In this document: one piece after another, positions 13,596 through 28,027 of the stretch | How the letters are laid out: every line of letters begins with the position of its first letter | Position numbering within the stretch: the stretch's first letter is position 1 | Assembly: GCF_006345805.1 (NCBI RefSeq) | Contig: NC_043003.1 | Span: 105,958,001 to 106,022,000, forward strand | Source: Octopus sinensis | Taxonomy: Eukaryota | Reading direction: 5' to 3' | DNA: 64,000 bases | The notes under the pieces: model-generated | The model's database searches: none | Seen by the model: only the letters and a program-made list of their open reading frames with translations | Told to the model about the DNA's origin: nothing | Program-made: the position numbers and the translations under genes

Positions 13596-14142
13596 TAGGC
13601 AGAGTCGCATGTATGCATACACATATATACACACACCAACCAGTCTTCGAAATAACTTAGCACTTTTAAGATATTTCTCTTATTCAGAATATGCTTACTG
13701 GTCTTTTGCAACAGTCATTTTAAGAAAACACATCAGAGCAAAACCCTTAAGGTTTGGAGTTGGTCTTCTAGCTTTTGAATCTGATATCTCTGATACCCTT
13801 GTTCTTTTAGAAAATACCCGAAACTACTCTTAGTTCAAATGATTTTATCTCGGTGAATGGATGTCTTGTGTCTTGCCTCAACACATAAGAATAGAAACAA
13901 TTCTTTTGCTTATCAATTCTTAACACCCCACTGAATCCTGCTGCTACCACTTAGACAATACTTTCAAAGTGGGTTTTAACAACTGCGTTAACCTGTTGTT
14001 TGAATCTTAGCTTATTCACACTCTGCATTTGTACAATTGCCACAATTATGTGTAAAGAACCGATAGTGAGTTAATGATTTCGACAATGTCGTTATTAAAT
14101 CATTTTAAAACAAAATCGTTATTAAATCATTCCAGTTTAGCT

Positions 14143-14820
14143 TATGTTTTGCGAAGTACCCTTATAATATGTTTTGTGAAGTACCCTTATAATATGTTTT
14201 GTGAAGTACCCTTATAATATGTTTTGTGAAGTACCCTTATAACATGTTTTGTGAAGTACCCTTATAATATGTTTTGTGAAGTACCCTTATAATATGTTTT
14301 GTGAAGTACCCTTATAACATGTTTTGTGAAGTACCCTTATAATATATTTTGTGAAGTACCCTTATAACATGTTTTGTAAAGTATCCTTATAATATGTTTT
14401 GTGAAGTACCCTTATAACATGTTTTGTGAAGTACCCTTATAATATATTTTGTGAAGTACCCTTATAACATGTTTTGTGAAGTACCCTTATAATATATTTT
14501 GTGAAGTACCCTTATAACATGTTTTGTGAAGTACCCTTATAATATGTTTTGAGAAGTACCCTTATAACATGTTTTGCGAAGTACCTTTATAACATGTTTT
14601 GTGAAGTACCCTTATAATATATTTTGTGAAGTACCCTTATAACATGTTTTGTGAAGTACCCTTATAATATGTTTTGTGAAGTACCCTTATAACATGTTTT
14701 GTGAAGTACCCTTATAATATATTTTGTGAAGTACCCTTATAACATGTTTTGTGAAGTACCCTTATAATATGTTTTGTGAAGTACCCTTATAACATGTTTT
14801 GTGAAGTACCCTTATAATAT
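14143..14820. repeat. 25-bp minisatellite, ~27 copies
   Basis: Unit GTTTTGTGAAGTACCCTTATAA(T/C)AT head-to-tail with no unique spacers. Confidence 0.95.
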
Positions 14821-15003
14821 ATATATAATGCCACTTGTATTTGAACACTATACAAATATTCTTTAAAAAAACATTTTCTTTTAATTTTTCTAAATTTAAT
14901 TATTTAATTGTTACAGTTGAAAAAGTCTCAATGACTGAAACCGGTACTGAAATGTTCTTTATAAAATTATTTTAGCATTTTCTATCTTGACTTTTTTTCC
15001 ATA

Positions 15004-15063
<60 letters not shown>

Positions 15064-15078
15064 GTATATATATATATA

Positions 15079-15158
<80 letters not shown>

Positions 15159-15439
15159 AGTTTCCCAGCGGATGAATAATAAAGAAATCTTTTGAAATTA
15201 CCGAGTTCATCAAATAGGTACATCTTGAATGAATATATTTAGAAAATAATTCTCTGGTAAAGCAGTTTGCTTCGTTATTACATGTTCGAAAGTTATTACA
15301 TGTAGAAAGCTATTGTTGTACTTCAGTAGCTTCAATATTCTCTGGTGAATCAGATATATGGCATAGACAATTAGTTGGAATTTATAGACGAACATTATAA
15401 TTATCAGTTTCATCTTTTTTTCTGTGTACATTGAAACAC

Positions 15440-16690
15440 GAGATTCACATCTCAAATGCTTAAAGACAGGAATTTAATAGAAAAGACGTGGGATCTTTTT
15501 AAATTCATTCCAAACACCAGAATTTTCTCAAATTATCTACACTTATATAGGTTCGTATGTTGACGAAAATCACATTTGTTTTCTCCAGAAATAAGTAAAC
15601 CTTTCTTCTATCGACGCAAGGCCTAAAGTCATGGGGTTGGAGGGGTTTAGTCGATTATATCGACCCGAGTGCTTGACTTCTGCTTCTTTAATCGACTCTG
15701 GGGATGAAAGGCAAAGTCGACCTCGGCGAAATTTGAACTCAGAGCGTAAAAACGGACGAAATGCCGCTAAGCATTTTGTCCGGGTGCTAACAGTTCTGCT
15801 AGCTCGTTGCCCTTTCTCTAGAAATTTATGAGGGAAAAGTTACAAGTCTATGAGATTATATAATTTTAGCCAATCGAAACATCCCTTGTCAACATACCGG
15901 AAGTTGCAATTGTCTGTTTCCATGGAAACATTCTTAAAGTTATGAGATTAAATTATTGGGTTGTCCGGAAAGTTCGTGCCGATTTATAGTAGCATACATT
16001 TCGACTTATTTTAGAACATGGTTGAGTCCATAAAATAGGATTTGACTACGCCTCCATTTAGAGCACAGTTTAAGCTATCTTTTCGTGGAAGAAGGTTTAT
16101 GTTCCTATAACCTGTGTTAATTCTGTGACCTTTTAAAATGGAAGATAAGAAAGTTCATTTTCGACACTTGATGCTTTGGGAACCAGACAAAGATTGCTGC
16201 AGCTCAGCTGGGATGTGTTACCCCACCCTCCATATTCACCAGATATTGCTCCTTCGGATTTCCACTTATTCAGGTCTCTGCAGAATAGTCTTAATGGTAA
16301 AAATTTCAATTCCTTGGATGACGAAAAAAGATACCTTGATAAATTCTTTGCCATGAAACCACCTCAATTCTGGGAAGAGGGTATTTTCAAGTTAAAGGAA
16401 AGATGGAGACGCATTGTGCAACAAAATAGTTCATATTTGGTTGATTAAAAATGTAATGATAAGTATTTATTGACCATTTTCTTTCCTTTAAAAATCGGCA
16501 CAAACTTTCCGGACAACCCAATATATAACTTTAGAGGCTTGTAATTTTTAATTATTAATTTCTAGAGAAAATGGATGTATTTTTCGTCATCAGCGTGCAA
16601 AAATACATCAGTGTTGAAAATTTGAAAACTTCCGGTAACTGGAAAGAATTTTTTAAAAATCCGTGATGAGATTGAATCTCAGGTCAAATG
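15440..16690. mobile_element. Old fold-back/MITE-like element containing a nested SINE (~15601-15812) and mariner
   Basis: 15500-15950 is loosely inverted relative to 16524-16690; related sequence at ~8650-8885. Confidence 0.4.
15956..16521 (+). mobile_element. Internally deleted mariner (566 bp)
   Basis: TIR TTGGGTTGTCCGGAAAGTTCGTGCCGATTT at both ends, TA TSDs; N-terminus MEDKKVHFRHLMLWE joined to C-terminus WDVLPHPPYSPDIAPSDFHLFRSLQN. Confidence 0.95.
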
Positions 16691-17449
16691 ATTGCATGGA
16701 AACTTCTCGGTTAGCATTTGTGAGAAAAGTGTACATATTATGTGAGGCCACGTGAAATAGTAAATCACTGATTTAACATATTTAGCCGTACCGTATTATC
16801 ACCATAAGATAACATTAAATGTAAGCTGTTAGCGGTTACCTGAGATTATTTCTACACAAAGATAAGATAAAAACTCGATGCTAACAGACAAATTGATGAT
16901 AAACTACAAATGGCAAATTAATTAATGAGTCAACAGAAAGTACTAACAGCTAAATGACTAAATACAGTGTTTCGGGGGTCAGAACGTTTGAGTCTAAAAC
17001 ACTGAACCGGCTCTTTACAATTTGTTTTATTTTTGTTTTTTATTTACACTTTTTTCTGGGGCTCTTAAGGCTGGTTACCCGGTTTTCGTGGTGCATAAGT
17101 GACTAAGATTACATCATTCCTTCCCTGAATGAGTCACTAGTCCATTGCAGAGTTCAATGCCAACAGTTTTTGAGGGGAAATTGCAAGTCCACTACATTGA
17201 CCCCCAGTACTTGATTGGTACCTTATTTTATCAGCCCCGAAGGAATGAAAGGCAAAGTTGATCTCGGCGGTATTTGAACTTAGAACGTAAAGAGTCGGAA
17301 GAAATCCGAGATTGAAAATTTCTTGATTGCAACACAGGATCAAAGCCTCCAAGAGAAGCTACTAAAAGCATGCAATGAAACGTAATAAATAAAACAACTT
17401 CAGAATATATGAAGGGACAAATAAGTCCTTAAGACCGCTCCCAAGTAAG

Positions 17450-19600
17450 ACCATGAGAGTTTTCCGAAGTCACATTGTGTTATATACTGGATACAACTCT
17501 GAACCGTAGAGGAAAGCGACTAGACTGCTTATACAGAGCAGATAACTCAGTTGCTATATGTACGACGGCAGTAGAAAACATTTGAGAGTTTATTCTAGAG
17601 ATGCTAAAGCAAGGAAGAAACAATATCAATAGCTAAAAACTATTGCTTCAAGAGCAACAACTTTCGGCTGAAGCTTCGAACGTCGCTGTCAGTGTCAGGA
17701 GCCGAGACCAATAGGCTAAGCGAGAACCCTTCTAGTAGTGTCACCCATGGAGATTCTGGACCTCCAGTATCTTAATGTGTCAGCTGTATTTGTTACATGT
17801 TTTACATTCACACACGGGACTGGAAACATAGACTGCCTGGTTGACGGGAATTGTGGCATGGAGGCTGATATGGTTATAAAGAAAGTTTCGCCTTGAGCTT
17901 TGAGGTGCAATTTGGAAAGAATCTCTCAGTTCAGTCTGCAGTCTTTGGAAATGCTGCTGGTATCTGAAACGGTATGGTCAGTTGTCGTGGTTGTATTGAG
18001 AAAGTGTAGAGAAGAAAGTGTGATGCAATTTGACACTGGAAAATGACCTTCATTTTCTGGACATTGTCAGACAAATTCTCTCATAAATTGTTATAGCTAC
18101 AGGTCCGAAGTATGAGATACTGGGACGTAATTGTTTGTAGTTCAATGATTTATTTATATCTGAGCTTAATGGTAGCCTGCAGCCTTCTGATGTTGAAAAT
18201 ATTCTTATGGAATTGGAAATTAACAGCGACTTTCGTCTAAATTTCCATCCTTCTGCATAATACTTTATTCACACAAATGAAGAAGGCAATAGACAGCACA
18301 CATTATTCAGCACACGTATCTGCCTAAGTCCTATTTTTATATTAAAGGGTACAGATTTCTATCATCCAGCCATCATATTTATGTGACATTGACTGAGGAG
18401 ATTTATGCATTTGGGCGAGTAAATATATTTCTTGAGAGTATCCCATAAAAGTTCTCTGTTTACTGTGGTGTCAAAAGTTTGTGTCATCTCCATAAAGATA
18501 ATAAATAAATCTTGATGTTGCTGCCTTTGTAACGAAAATCATGTAGACCATGTATTATTCCCTGCAGAACCCGCACTATAACATAAGTGTGATGATTTAT
18601 AATGATGATTAGAGCAACGTTTTAAGCATACCCCTGACCAGGATCTTTCCAGCAATGGCCAGATGTGTTATAGCCCTACTTATGGAGTGAATGAATTTGC
18701 CTCCTTTGTTTTCTAAGATGGTGACGATGTTAAAATCCTTCAAGTATTGTGGTATATGACTCTGGCCCAACGTTTATGTGATGAAATGCAAACTTGTGCA
18801 ATAACAAGTGACCACCCTCCTGGAATATTGCCTAGTTTAGGAAATTTCAGGTTTTTAAACATGTTGATAGCAACATAAATTTCAGTAAAGTTTGATGATT
18901 ATTCAAAGTGTTAAGTGATAGACATTTCACAGAATTCCTCTGAACCCAAGGATTCAGTTTAATTTTGTTGTTAAAAATGTTCTCTCCAGTTCTCTGCTTT
19001 TATTAACTTGTTTTTTCAGAAGAGACGTGCCGTGATTTGAGTGGTATCGTGGAGCAATTCTAGGGTGCATAGAATGTATTTATTGCATCAAGTCATGACT
19101 ATTTGTATATTTTCAGATTACGAGGAATCGATTGATCCTCATTCCGGTGAGCGCAACTGCTTTTTGGGGTGTATAGGAAAGAACTATCATCAGCATTGAA
19201 CCCGATGAGGTCTGTAATAACGTCAACTCTGTGGAACTTAAAGAGAATCATTTGTAATCTATCCCAGCGTTGGCGGTGATGAGCACGACTGAAGCCTGCA
19301 GTTTGGTAACTAGAATGTCACGGAAGTCCTTACAAATACTGGGACTGTATAGTAGCCTTTTGAGCATCGTAATGGTTAGGTTACGAGTGTAATCTAATTC
19401 CTCTTTTTTTTTTAGAATGTCCAACACTCACTCCTCTTCACTGCTCGATTGAACGGACCATCTTCGAGATATACGTGTCTGACAACTGAGTAACCAACAA
19501 GATACCCGTGTTTGGATCTGGGAGGTCTCGTATGGTTCTTCTGCTGGAGCCACTCAACGCCTCATGGTGAGATCGTGCTCCACACGCAGACAAAGAAACC
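17450..19600 (-). mobile_element. Highly degenerate RTE-clade LINE
   Basis: Remnants PRSKHGYLVGYSVVRH (cf. HPRSKHWHLIDY), MIFV..QHQDL..FD..VNRELLW, LRYW..ISMGDT; many stops. Confidence 0.6.
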
Positions 19601-19657
19601 TAATGATGACCCTGCTTTTAGTTCCCCAACTCAAAGGTTCCCAGTTACCTATTCCCA

Positions 19658-19720
<63 letters not shown>

Positions 19721-19749
19721 CATCATCATCATCATCAGCATCATCATCA

Positions 19750-19751
19750 TC

Positions 19752-19782
<31 letters not shown>

Positions 19783-21520
19783 TTCAGCAGTCTTATTTTT
19801 ATCACGTGCTTTCACTTCACTACTGAGCGCAGCTCTGTGTGCCTTGGGTATGTGCTGTGGTTTGCGGTGATGCTCTTATTTTTACTGTATTGAAAGTGTT
19901 TTACGCAGGATGTGTGCGCTGCCTAGTAGCGCAGTTTTCTGAATGTTATATTAGGTCGTCAAGTATGAAATTTGTAGTAAGGTATATGGAAAACTTTGAT
20001 ACCTGCTCATTTTGCGCCAATATTATATTTTGACGATCTTTATTTTTTGTTAGAAAGCTGATACATCTATTTCGTTATTCTAACTCATTTTACGCTTTAT
20101 AAAGAAGTATTTTGATATTTTTGTTTAGAGATAGATAAGTCGGAAATTCGTACAGTTTTGAAATATGAGTTCTTTCTTGGAAATACAGCATCACAGACAG
20201 CTCGGATATTAATGGAGTATTTCATTCTAATGTTATTACACCGCAGACAGTATCAAATTGGTTTGCAAAATTTCGTTCTGGTAACTTTGATCTCACAAAT
20301 GAGCAACGTGATTGACCAGAAACAAAGGTGGATAACGAACTGAAAGCTACCGTCGAGTCAGATCCATCTCAAAATGCCCGTGAATTATCGTTGTTGTTTG
20401 GTGTTAACAAGCAAACAATATTGACTCACCTAGTTCAAATCGGTAAAGTGAAAAAGATGGATAAGTGGGTTCCACATGAACTCAATGAAAATCGGAAACA
20501 GCAACGTTTGGAAGCCTGTATTATGCTACTTTCTCGTCGCAAAAATGAATCATTTTTGAATCGAATTGTAACATGTGATGAGAAATGGATCCAATACAAC
20601 AACCGTAAACATTCAGCACAATGGTTGGACAAAGACGAGCCACCAAAACACAGTCCAAAAAGCAAAATTCATCAAAATAAGCTGATGGTGTGTGTTGGGT
20701 GGTCTGGCGAAGGTGTGATCCATTATGATTTCATTAAACTTGGCTCATCAATCACGGCCAAAGTATACTGCAGTCAACTGGACCAATTGATGTAGAAACT
20801 TACAAAAAAAAAAACCAGCCTAGATTAGTCAACATATCCACTTCTGTTTTATTGCAAGACAACGTCGGACCAAATATCGCAAAAATGACATTGGCAAAAC
20901 TACAGGAGTTGGAGTTGGAAGTTCTCCATCATCCACCATACTCACCTGATTTTGCCCCCACTGACTACCACTTCTTCCAGAATTTGGATAACTTTTTGAT
21001 AGGAAAAAAATTAAATCCGACGATGACTTAAAACAGGGATTCCAATATTTAATTGACTCTAGATTGCCAGGCTTTTACAGTTTCGGGGTGGACAAGCTAC
21101 CGCTGAAATGGCAAAAGTGTATTGACAATATGGGTGCATACTTTGATGAATATAATTATTCCTTGTATTTATAAAACATTAGCAAACTTTTTTTCTTTTC
21201 TGCAAATTTAATACCTGACGACCTGGTGTTTTTGTTATGTATTTGTCCGAATATTTTTTATCATACCTAATGCGCCTATTATGATAGGAATTGTTTCTGT
21301 TTTTAGATTCCACATTCGTGTTACCTTTATTTCCAGGTCTGTGTATTTTGAAAGTTCCTCCATTCCCTTTAGAGAATGTTGGTATTGATACTTTGATTAG
21401 AAAGCATTTTTTTCTTAATGATCTCTGACAACTATATCCAGTCTATTGGCCTTAATTTCTCTGTCTGTGTGTTGTGGCATATCCCACAGTATGGTTGCTT
21501 TCTTATTTTCTATCACCTTT
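19750..21520 (-). mobile_element. R4/Dong-type LINE 3' fragment split by the mariner at 19951-21226
   Basis: VIENKKATILWDMPQHTDREIKANRLDIVV on one side, IQKTALLGSAHILRKTLSIQ* on the other; flanked by (TAA)n/(TGA)n. Confidence 0.8.
19951..21226 (+). mobile_element. Full-length (~1.28 kb) mariner with disrupted DD34D transposase
   Basis: TIR TTAGGTCGTCAAGTATGAAATTTGTAG and its inverse; WVPHEL, TCDEKW, LLQDN, HPPYSPDFAPTDY motifs; frameshifts and stops. Confidence 0.95.
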
Positions 21521-21525
21521 TATTA

Positions 21526-21608
<83 letters not shown>

Positions 21609-21609
21609 G

Positions 21610-22540
<931 letters not shown>

Positions 22541-22855
22541 ACATATAATTGCCAACCAAGTGTGGTGTCCTATACAGGACAGTGCTACTGATGTTTATAG
22601 CCCCAGAAGACATCTCCTCCAGCTGGCTAACGACACAAATTCTGTGTCTCATTAATATTTGCAAGGGCAGGTCATCGCTCCCATCTCTAGCCTTATGTGA
22701 TACACACAGACTCAAGTTTCTGGGTAGTTACTCGTCTTCAACATGTGTTAATTACAAGCTACTGATAAAAACTCATTCCACTCGCAAAATACTATATGCT
22801 TTTTCCAGCGACAAACTGTCGCTGATCTTGATAAAGGAGAAATAAGCTATATTAA

Positions 22856-23066
22856 CCCATTAAGTCTCAAAGTACTTAAATTTCTGAATATTACTTTAAA
22901 ATTTTTACAGATGATCGAAAATAGGTTAAAATGAAAAAAAATTATTATTAAAAAGTAGAAATGGAAATACTCGGTGTCCTATAAATAGGACACCGAGACA
23001 ATGTGATATAGCTTATTTGATGTTCTCATTTAGTGTCCTATTTATAGGACAGTAGGACTTAATGGA
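22856..23066. mobile_element. piggyBac-type MITE
   Basis: TTAA|CCCATTAAGTC ... GACTTAATGGA|TTAA; internal GTGTCCTATAAATAGGACAC palindromes. Confidence 0.65.
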
Positions 23067-23425
23067 TTAAATCTCTGAGCGAGATATAAACAGTAGCAGT
23101 ATGGAATCGTAACATATAATTGCCAACCGGTTCCAGCTGATCCGATCAACGGAACAGCAAGCTCATGGAATTAGCATGCAAATGGTTGAGAACTCCACAG
23201 ACACGCGCACCTTTGATGTAGTACTCAGGGGAGATTCAGCGTGACACAGTATGCGACAAGGCTTGCCCTTTTCAACTGCAGGTACAATTAATTTTTCGCC
23301 AGCTGAGTGGACTGGAGCAACGTGAAATAAAGTGTCAGGCTGAAGGACACAACGCGCTACCGGGAATCGAAAGCACGACTTTACTATCGTGAGCAAAATA
23401 CTGCAACCACTAAGCCACGCGTCAT

Positions 23426-24062
23426 CACACACACGCATACACACACACACACATACACACACACACACACACACTCGCACACACTCACACACACTCACAC
23501 ACACACACACTCACACACACTCACACACACACACACACGCACACACACACGCACACACACACACACATGCACACTCACACACACGCATGCACACTCACAC
23601 ACACACACACGCACACACACACACACGCATGCACACACACACACACGCATGCACACACACACAAACACACTCACACACACACTCACACACACACACACAC
23701 GCACACACACGCACACACACACGCATGCACACACCACACACACGCATGCACACACACACACACTCACACACACACACACACGCATGCACCACACACACAC
23801 ACATGCACACTCACACACACACACATGCACACTCACACACACACACGCACACACACACACACGCATGCACACACACACACACGCATGCACACACACACAA
23901 ACACACTCACACACACACTCACACACACACACACGCACACACACGCACACACACACGCATGCACACACACACACACGCATGCACACACACACACACTCAC
24001 ACACACACACGCATGCACACACACACACACGCGCGCGCGCACATGCGCACGCACACACACAC
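23426..24062. repeat. Compound (CA)n microsatellite with GCATGC interruptions
   Basis: Direct inspection. Confidence 0.95.
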
Positions 24063-24485
24063 GATATAAACTCTCCCACATATATGCATATTTAGTTTAT
24101 AAACAAGTAGTCTGTCAATCAATTTGTTTAGCTGTTTGTGTTGAATAACAACGAACCGTGAGTCATTAATATTTCCAAAACTAAGAAGAAAGTTATTTGA
24201 TCGTCTTCTTTAACCCATATTCCTGAAGGTGACAACTGATTCCTCTCTTCAGAGATATGGTGCTCACGTGGTCTCACATGTTGATCCTATATTTTCTTAC
24301 CACTACGAACTTCTCCACTAGCACTCCTTGATTTTTCTGTGTCCCTTTCTGTAGAAGAGCGTAGGCTCGAAACCTAAAAGACTTTTTCTATTCCTGAGCA
24401 TTATACTAATACATCTGTTTGTTTTATACACCACCTGTCTTCGTCTTTTGTTTTTTTCGTAAACTCCCCCTAATATATATATATA

Positions 24486-24857
24486 TATATAAAAAATAGT
24501 AAAGAGTGAAAAAACGACAGAAGGCATAAATGTTAAAAAATATATATATTTGCGTCAATATGTCTGAAGAATATTAGAAAATTTTTTAAACAAATTTTTT
24601 TTTTTTTTTTTTTTCCTTTATAATGACATAATTTTTAAAGAAAGACCGGTTTCGCATTTAGCTTTTCAAATTTCTTGTGTGAAAAGCTAAATGCGAAACC
24701 GGTCTTTCTTTAAAAATTATGTCATTATAAAGTTAAAAAAAAAAAAAAATTGTTTAAAAAATTTTCTAATATTCTTCAGACATACTGACGCAAATATATA
24801 TATTTTTTAACATTTAAGCCTTCTGTCGTTTTTTCACTCTTTACTATTTTTTATATA
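24486..24857. repeat. Near-perfect ~180-bp-arm inverted repeat centred on a hammerhead motif
   Basis: 24486-24670 is the reverse complement of 24680-24857. Confidence 0.9.
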
Positions 24858-24891
24858 TTCACCCACGTGCTTTCACAAACCAACTTTCTTA

Positions 24892-24957
<66 letters not shown>

Positions 24958-25239
24958 ATAAATCTCAGAGCGAGTTATAAACAGTAGCAGCAACACATCG
25001 TGACGTATATTTGCCTTTTGAATATGGCTAACCCCTAAGGGTGAATACTACTGTAGTTTGTAGCCCCAGGAGGACACCTCCTCCAGCTGGCTATAGACAC
25101 ACTTTCTGTGCCCTATCAGTATTTGCAAAGGGAAGCCATCCTTCCCGTCTTCAACTTATGATACACACGGACTCGAGTTTCAGGGTATTGACTCGTCATC
25201 GGCGTGTGACAATCATAGTTGTCGATGAGATATACATAT

Positions 25240-25339
<100 letters not shown>

Positions 25340-25886
25340 ATATATATAAAACGTGTGTCTTTGTGGGTTAGTGATTAGATGACCACACCAATGGACAGTG
25401 GTATTGAAAGCTGGGTGTGTATTAAGTACTTAGCTTCATCGCAGGAGATTAAACGATTAATGAGTTGACTTAATGAATGACAGATATATTGCGACTATGG
25501 CTGGCTTAGTATAAAATTGGTCAAATGACTTTCCTTTCGTTAGTTAGGCAAACAAACATGAGTGACATGTTTTGCCTCATTAAGCACACAACACAACACA
25601 CACATACACACACATACACACACACCATCTATGTACACACATGTGTGTGTTCGTACCCGCATCTTTTTCTTGAAGCATGACCATGCTGGAGCACTGCTTT
25701 AAAAGATTCAGTCGGAGAAATCGTTCCCAGTTCTTATTTTTCAAAAAATGGTACTTAATCTGTCGGATATTTTTTCGTCGAATTTCTAATGCACTGGGAC
25801 GTAAACAAACCAACACGTTTTGTCAAGTGGTGTGTGTATGCGTGTGTGCGCGTGTAGGGGAAGGGCTAAAAGAAACACAAAGACAT

Positions 25887-25920
<34 letters not shown>

Positions 25921-25922
<2 letters not shown>

Positions 25923-26212
25923 AGGCGCAATGGCCCACTGGTTAGGGCAGCAGACTCGCGGTTTCGATTCCCAGACCAGGCGTTGTGAGTGTTTATTGAG
26001 CGAAAACACCTAAAGCTCCACGAGGCTCCGGCAGGGGGTTGTGGCGATCCCTGCTGTACTCTTTCGCCACAACTTTCTCTCACTCTTTCTTCTGTTGGCC
26101 TGCCCGCTTAGCGAGCGGGGTGGCGTCATTTGAAGGCTAAAACAATGCGAAGCGCATTGTGACCAGCGATGTGTAGCAACATCTGATAGCCTGGTCGATC
26201 ACGGTGATCACT

Positions 26213-26215
<3 letters not shown>
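25921..26215 (+). mobile_element. Family C tRNA-derived SINE in (TA)n
   Basis: TGGCCCACTGGTTAGG...GGTTTCGATTCCC head; matches 11206 copy. Confidence 0.8.
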
Positions 26216-26269
<54 letters not shown>

Positions 26270-26508
26270 TATATATGTATATATATATATGTATGCATAT
26301 ATTTTTTTGTGTATATATATATTGGAGCAATCTCAAGAATAATCAGCCGAATTTGCGAGGATATCTGGTTCTTGACTGAAGATAGAAAACTACTTCGAAT
26401 GACCCGTCCTTGTTTTCTTTGTATCGTCTATCTGGATGTTTTGCTGCCCCTTTTTGTATCATCTAGTTGTCCGGATGTTTTGTATTCTTGTCCCATTTTG
26501 TATTTTAT

Positions 26509-26548
<40 letters not shown>

Positions 26549-26821
26549 GTATGTATGTATAGATACGACAGGTTTCTTTCAATTCCTGTCTACTATTCTA
26601 CTCACAAGGCTTTGGTCGGCCCGAATCTATTGTAGAAGGCTTGCCCAAGGTGTCATTCAGTGGAACTGAACCCGGAACCATGTGGTTGCGAAGCAAACTT
26701 CTTACCACACAGCCACGCCTTGTTGATAATTACAATTTCTAATAAAACCAAACCAAACCAGATCAAATATACATTAGAAGCAGTTATAGAATTAACGTTT
26801 CAACGCTTATCCTTAAAAATA

Positions 26822-27124
26822 CAGGGTGTTCAAAAAGTCTCTCCGCAGTGAATTTTTTTCATCCTGACTCTCCAGGAGTCAGACTCTCCTGGAGTCAGAC
26901 TCTCCAGGAGTCAGACTCTCCTGGAGTCAGACTCTCCTGGAGTCAGATTCTCCAATATGTATTTTATTATGTATTGAAATGGAAGGACGACACTTTCAAC
27001 ACCTCTTATAAAATGTTTTAAAGTCTTGTAAAGTCTAATATATTCTTTTGTAGTTTTATACCATCTTATAAATATTTACTTTGCAAGAAATCACTTGCTG
27101 CGGAGAGACTTTTTGAACACCTTG
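26822..27124. mobile_element. Tc1/mariner-type MITE with internal 16-bp tandem repeat
   Basis: TA|CAGGGTGTTCAAAAAGTCTCTCCGCAG ... CTGCGGAGAGACTTTTTGAACACCTTG|TA. Confidence 0.9.
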
Positions 27125-27811
27125 TATATGCTTTTATTTCAACAGTAATATTATTCTTTGCTTGTATTTTATTGGTTATTTCTGTTTTCGTTATCACAAT
27201 GTGAGAACAACCTAGGTTCAACAGAGTTATGCCAAGGTTAAATTGACGGCCAAAATTTGGTACGGCTTATTATATAGTGTGATAGAAATACGGAAAAATT
27301 GTGGAGATTTGAAAGACTCAACGAGGTAAGAATTTGATTAACTATTTATTTTTTAACTTAAAAAACAAACATTAATTTTGATAATTATAACAATGGTGGT
27401 CAAATATTCAAACAAAACAAGAATAAATTGATAACAATAATAACAATAGTTGTATGTATGTATGTTATGTATGTATGTATGTATGTATGTATGTATGTAT
27501 GTATGTATGTATGTATGTATGTATGTAGATATGTGTGTATCTATCTATGTATTTATAACAACAACAACAATAATAATGGTGGTTTCAAATTTTGGCGCAA
27601 GGCCAGCAATTTTAGGGGAGGGGGTAAGTTTATTAAATCAACCGCAGTAATCAACTGGTCCTTATTTTATCGACTCCGAAAGGATGAACAGCAAAGTCGA
27701 CCTTGGTGGAATTTTAATTCAGAACGTAAAGACGGATGAAATGTCGTTAAGCATTTTATCCGGGGTGCTAACGATTCTACCAGGCTCACTGCATTAATAA
27801 TAATAATAATG

Positions 27812-27876
<65 letters not shown>

Positions 27877-27877
27877 G

Positions 27878-27924
<47 letters not shown>

Positions 27925-27925
27925 G

Positions 27926-27960
<35 letters not shown>

Positions 27961-27985
27961 AATAATACTACTAATAATAATAATG

Positions 27986-28027
<42 letters not shown>

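Noticed and set aside
14143-14820. CRISPR-like regular repeat
   Set aside because: Contiguous 25-bp units with no unique spacers, no cas genes, eukaryotic context
23389-24148. Long His/Thr or Val/Cys ORFs (also 133-596, 4560-4914, 6694-7155, 9705-10365, 44152-44476 and poly-I/L/N ORFs)
   Set aside because: Translations of CA, TA, TATG and TAA microsatellites
25060-25100. HDV-like ribozyme (CCTCCTCCAGCTGG resembles the P3/L3 region)
   Set aside because: Could not build the nested double pseudoknot by eye
26375-26412. Hammerhead-like CTGAAGA...GAATGACCCGTC
   Set aside because: Lacks GAAA and a consistent stem III/cleavage triplet
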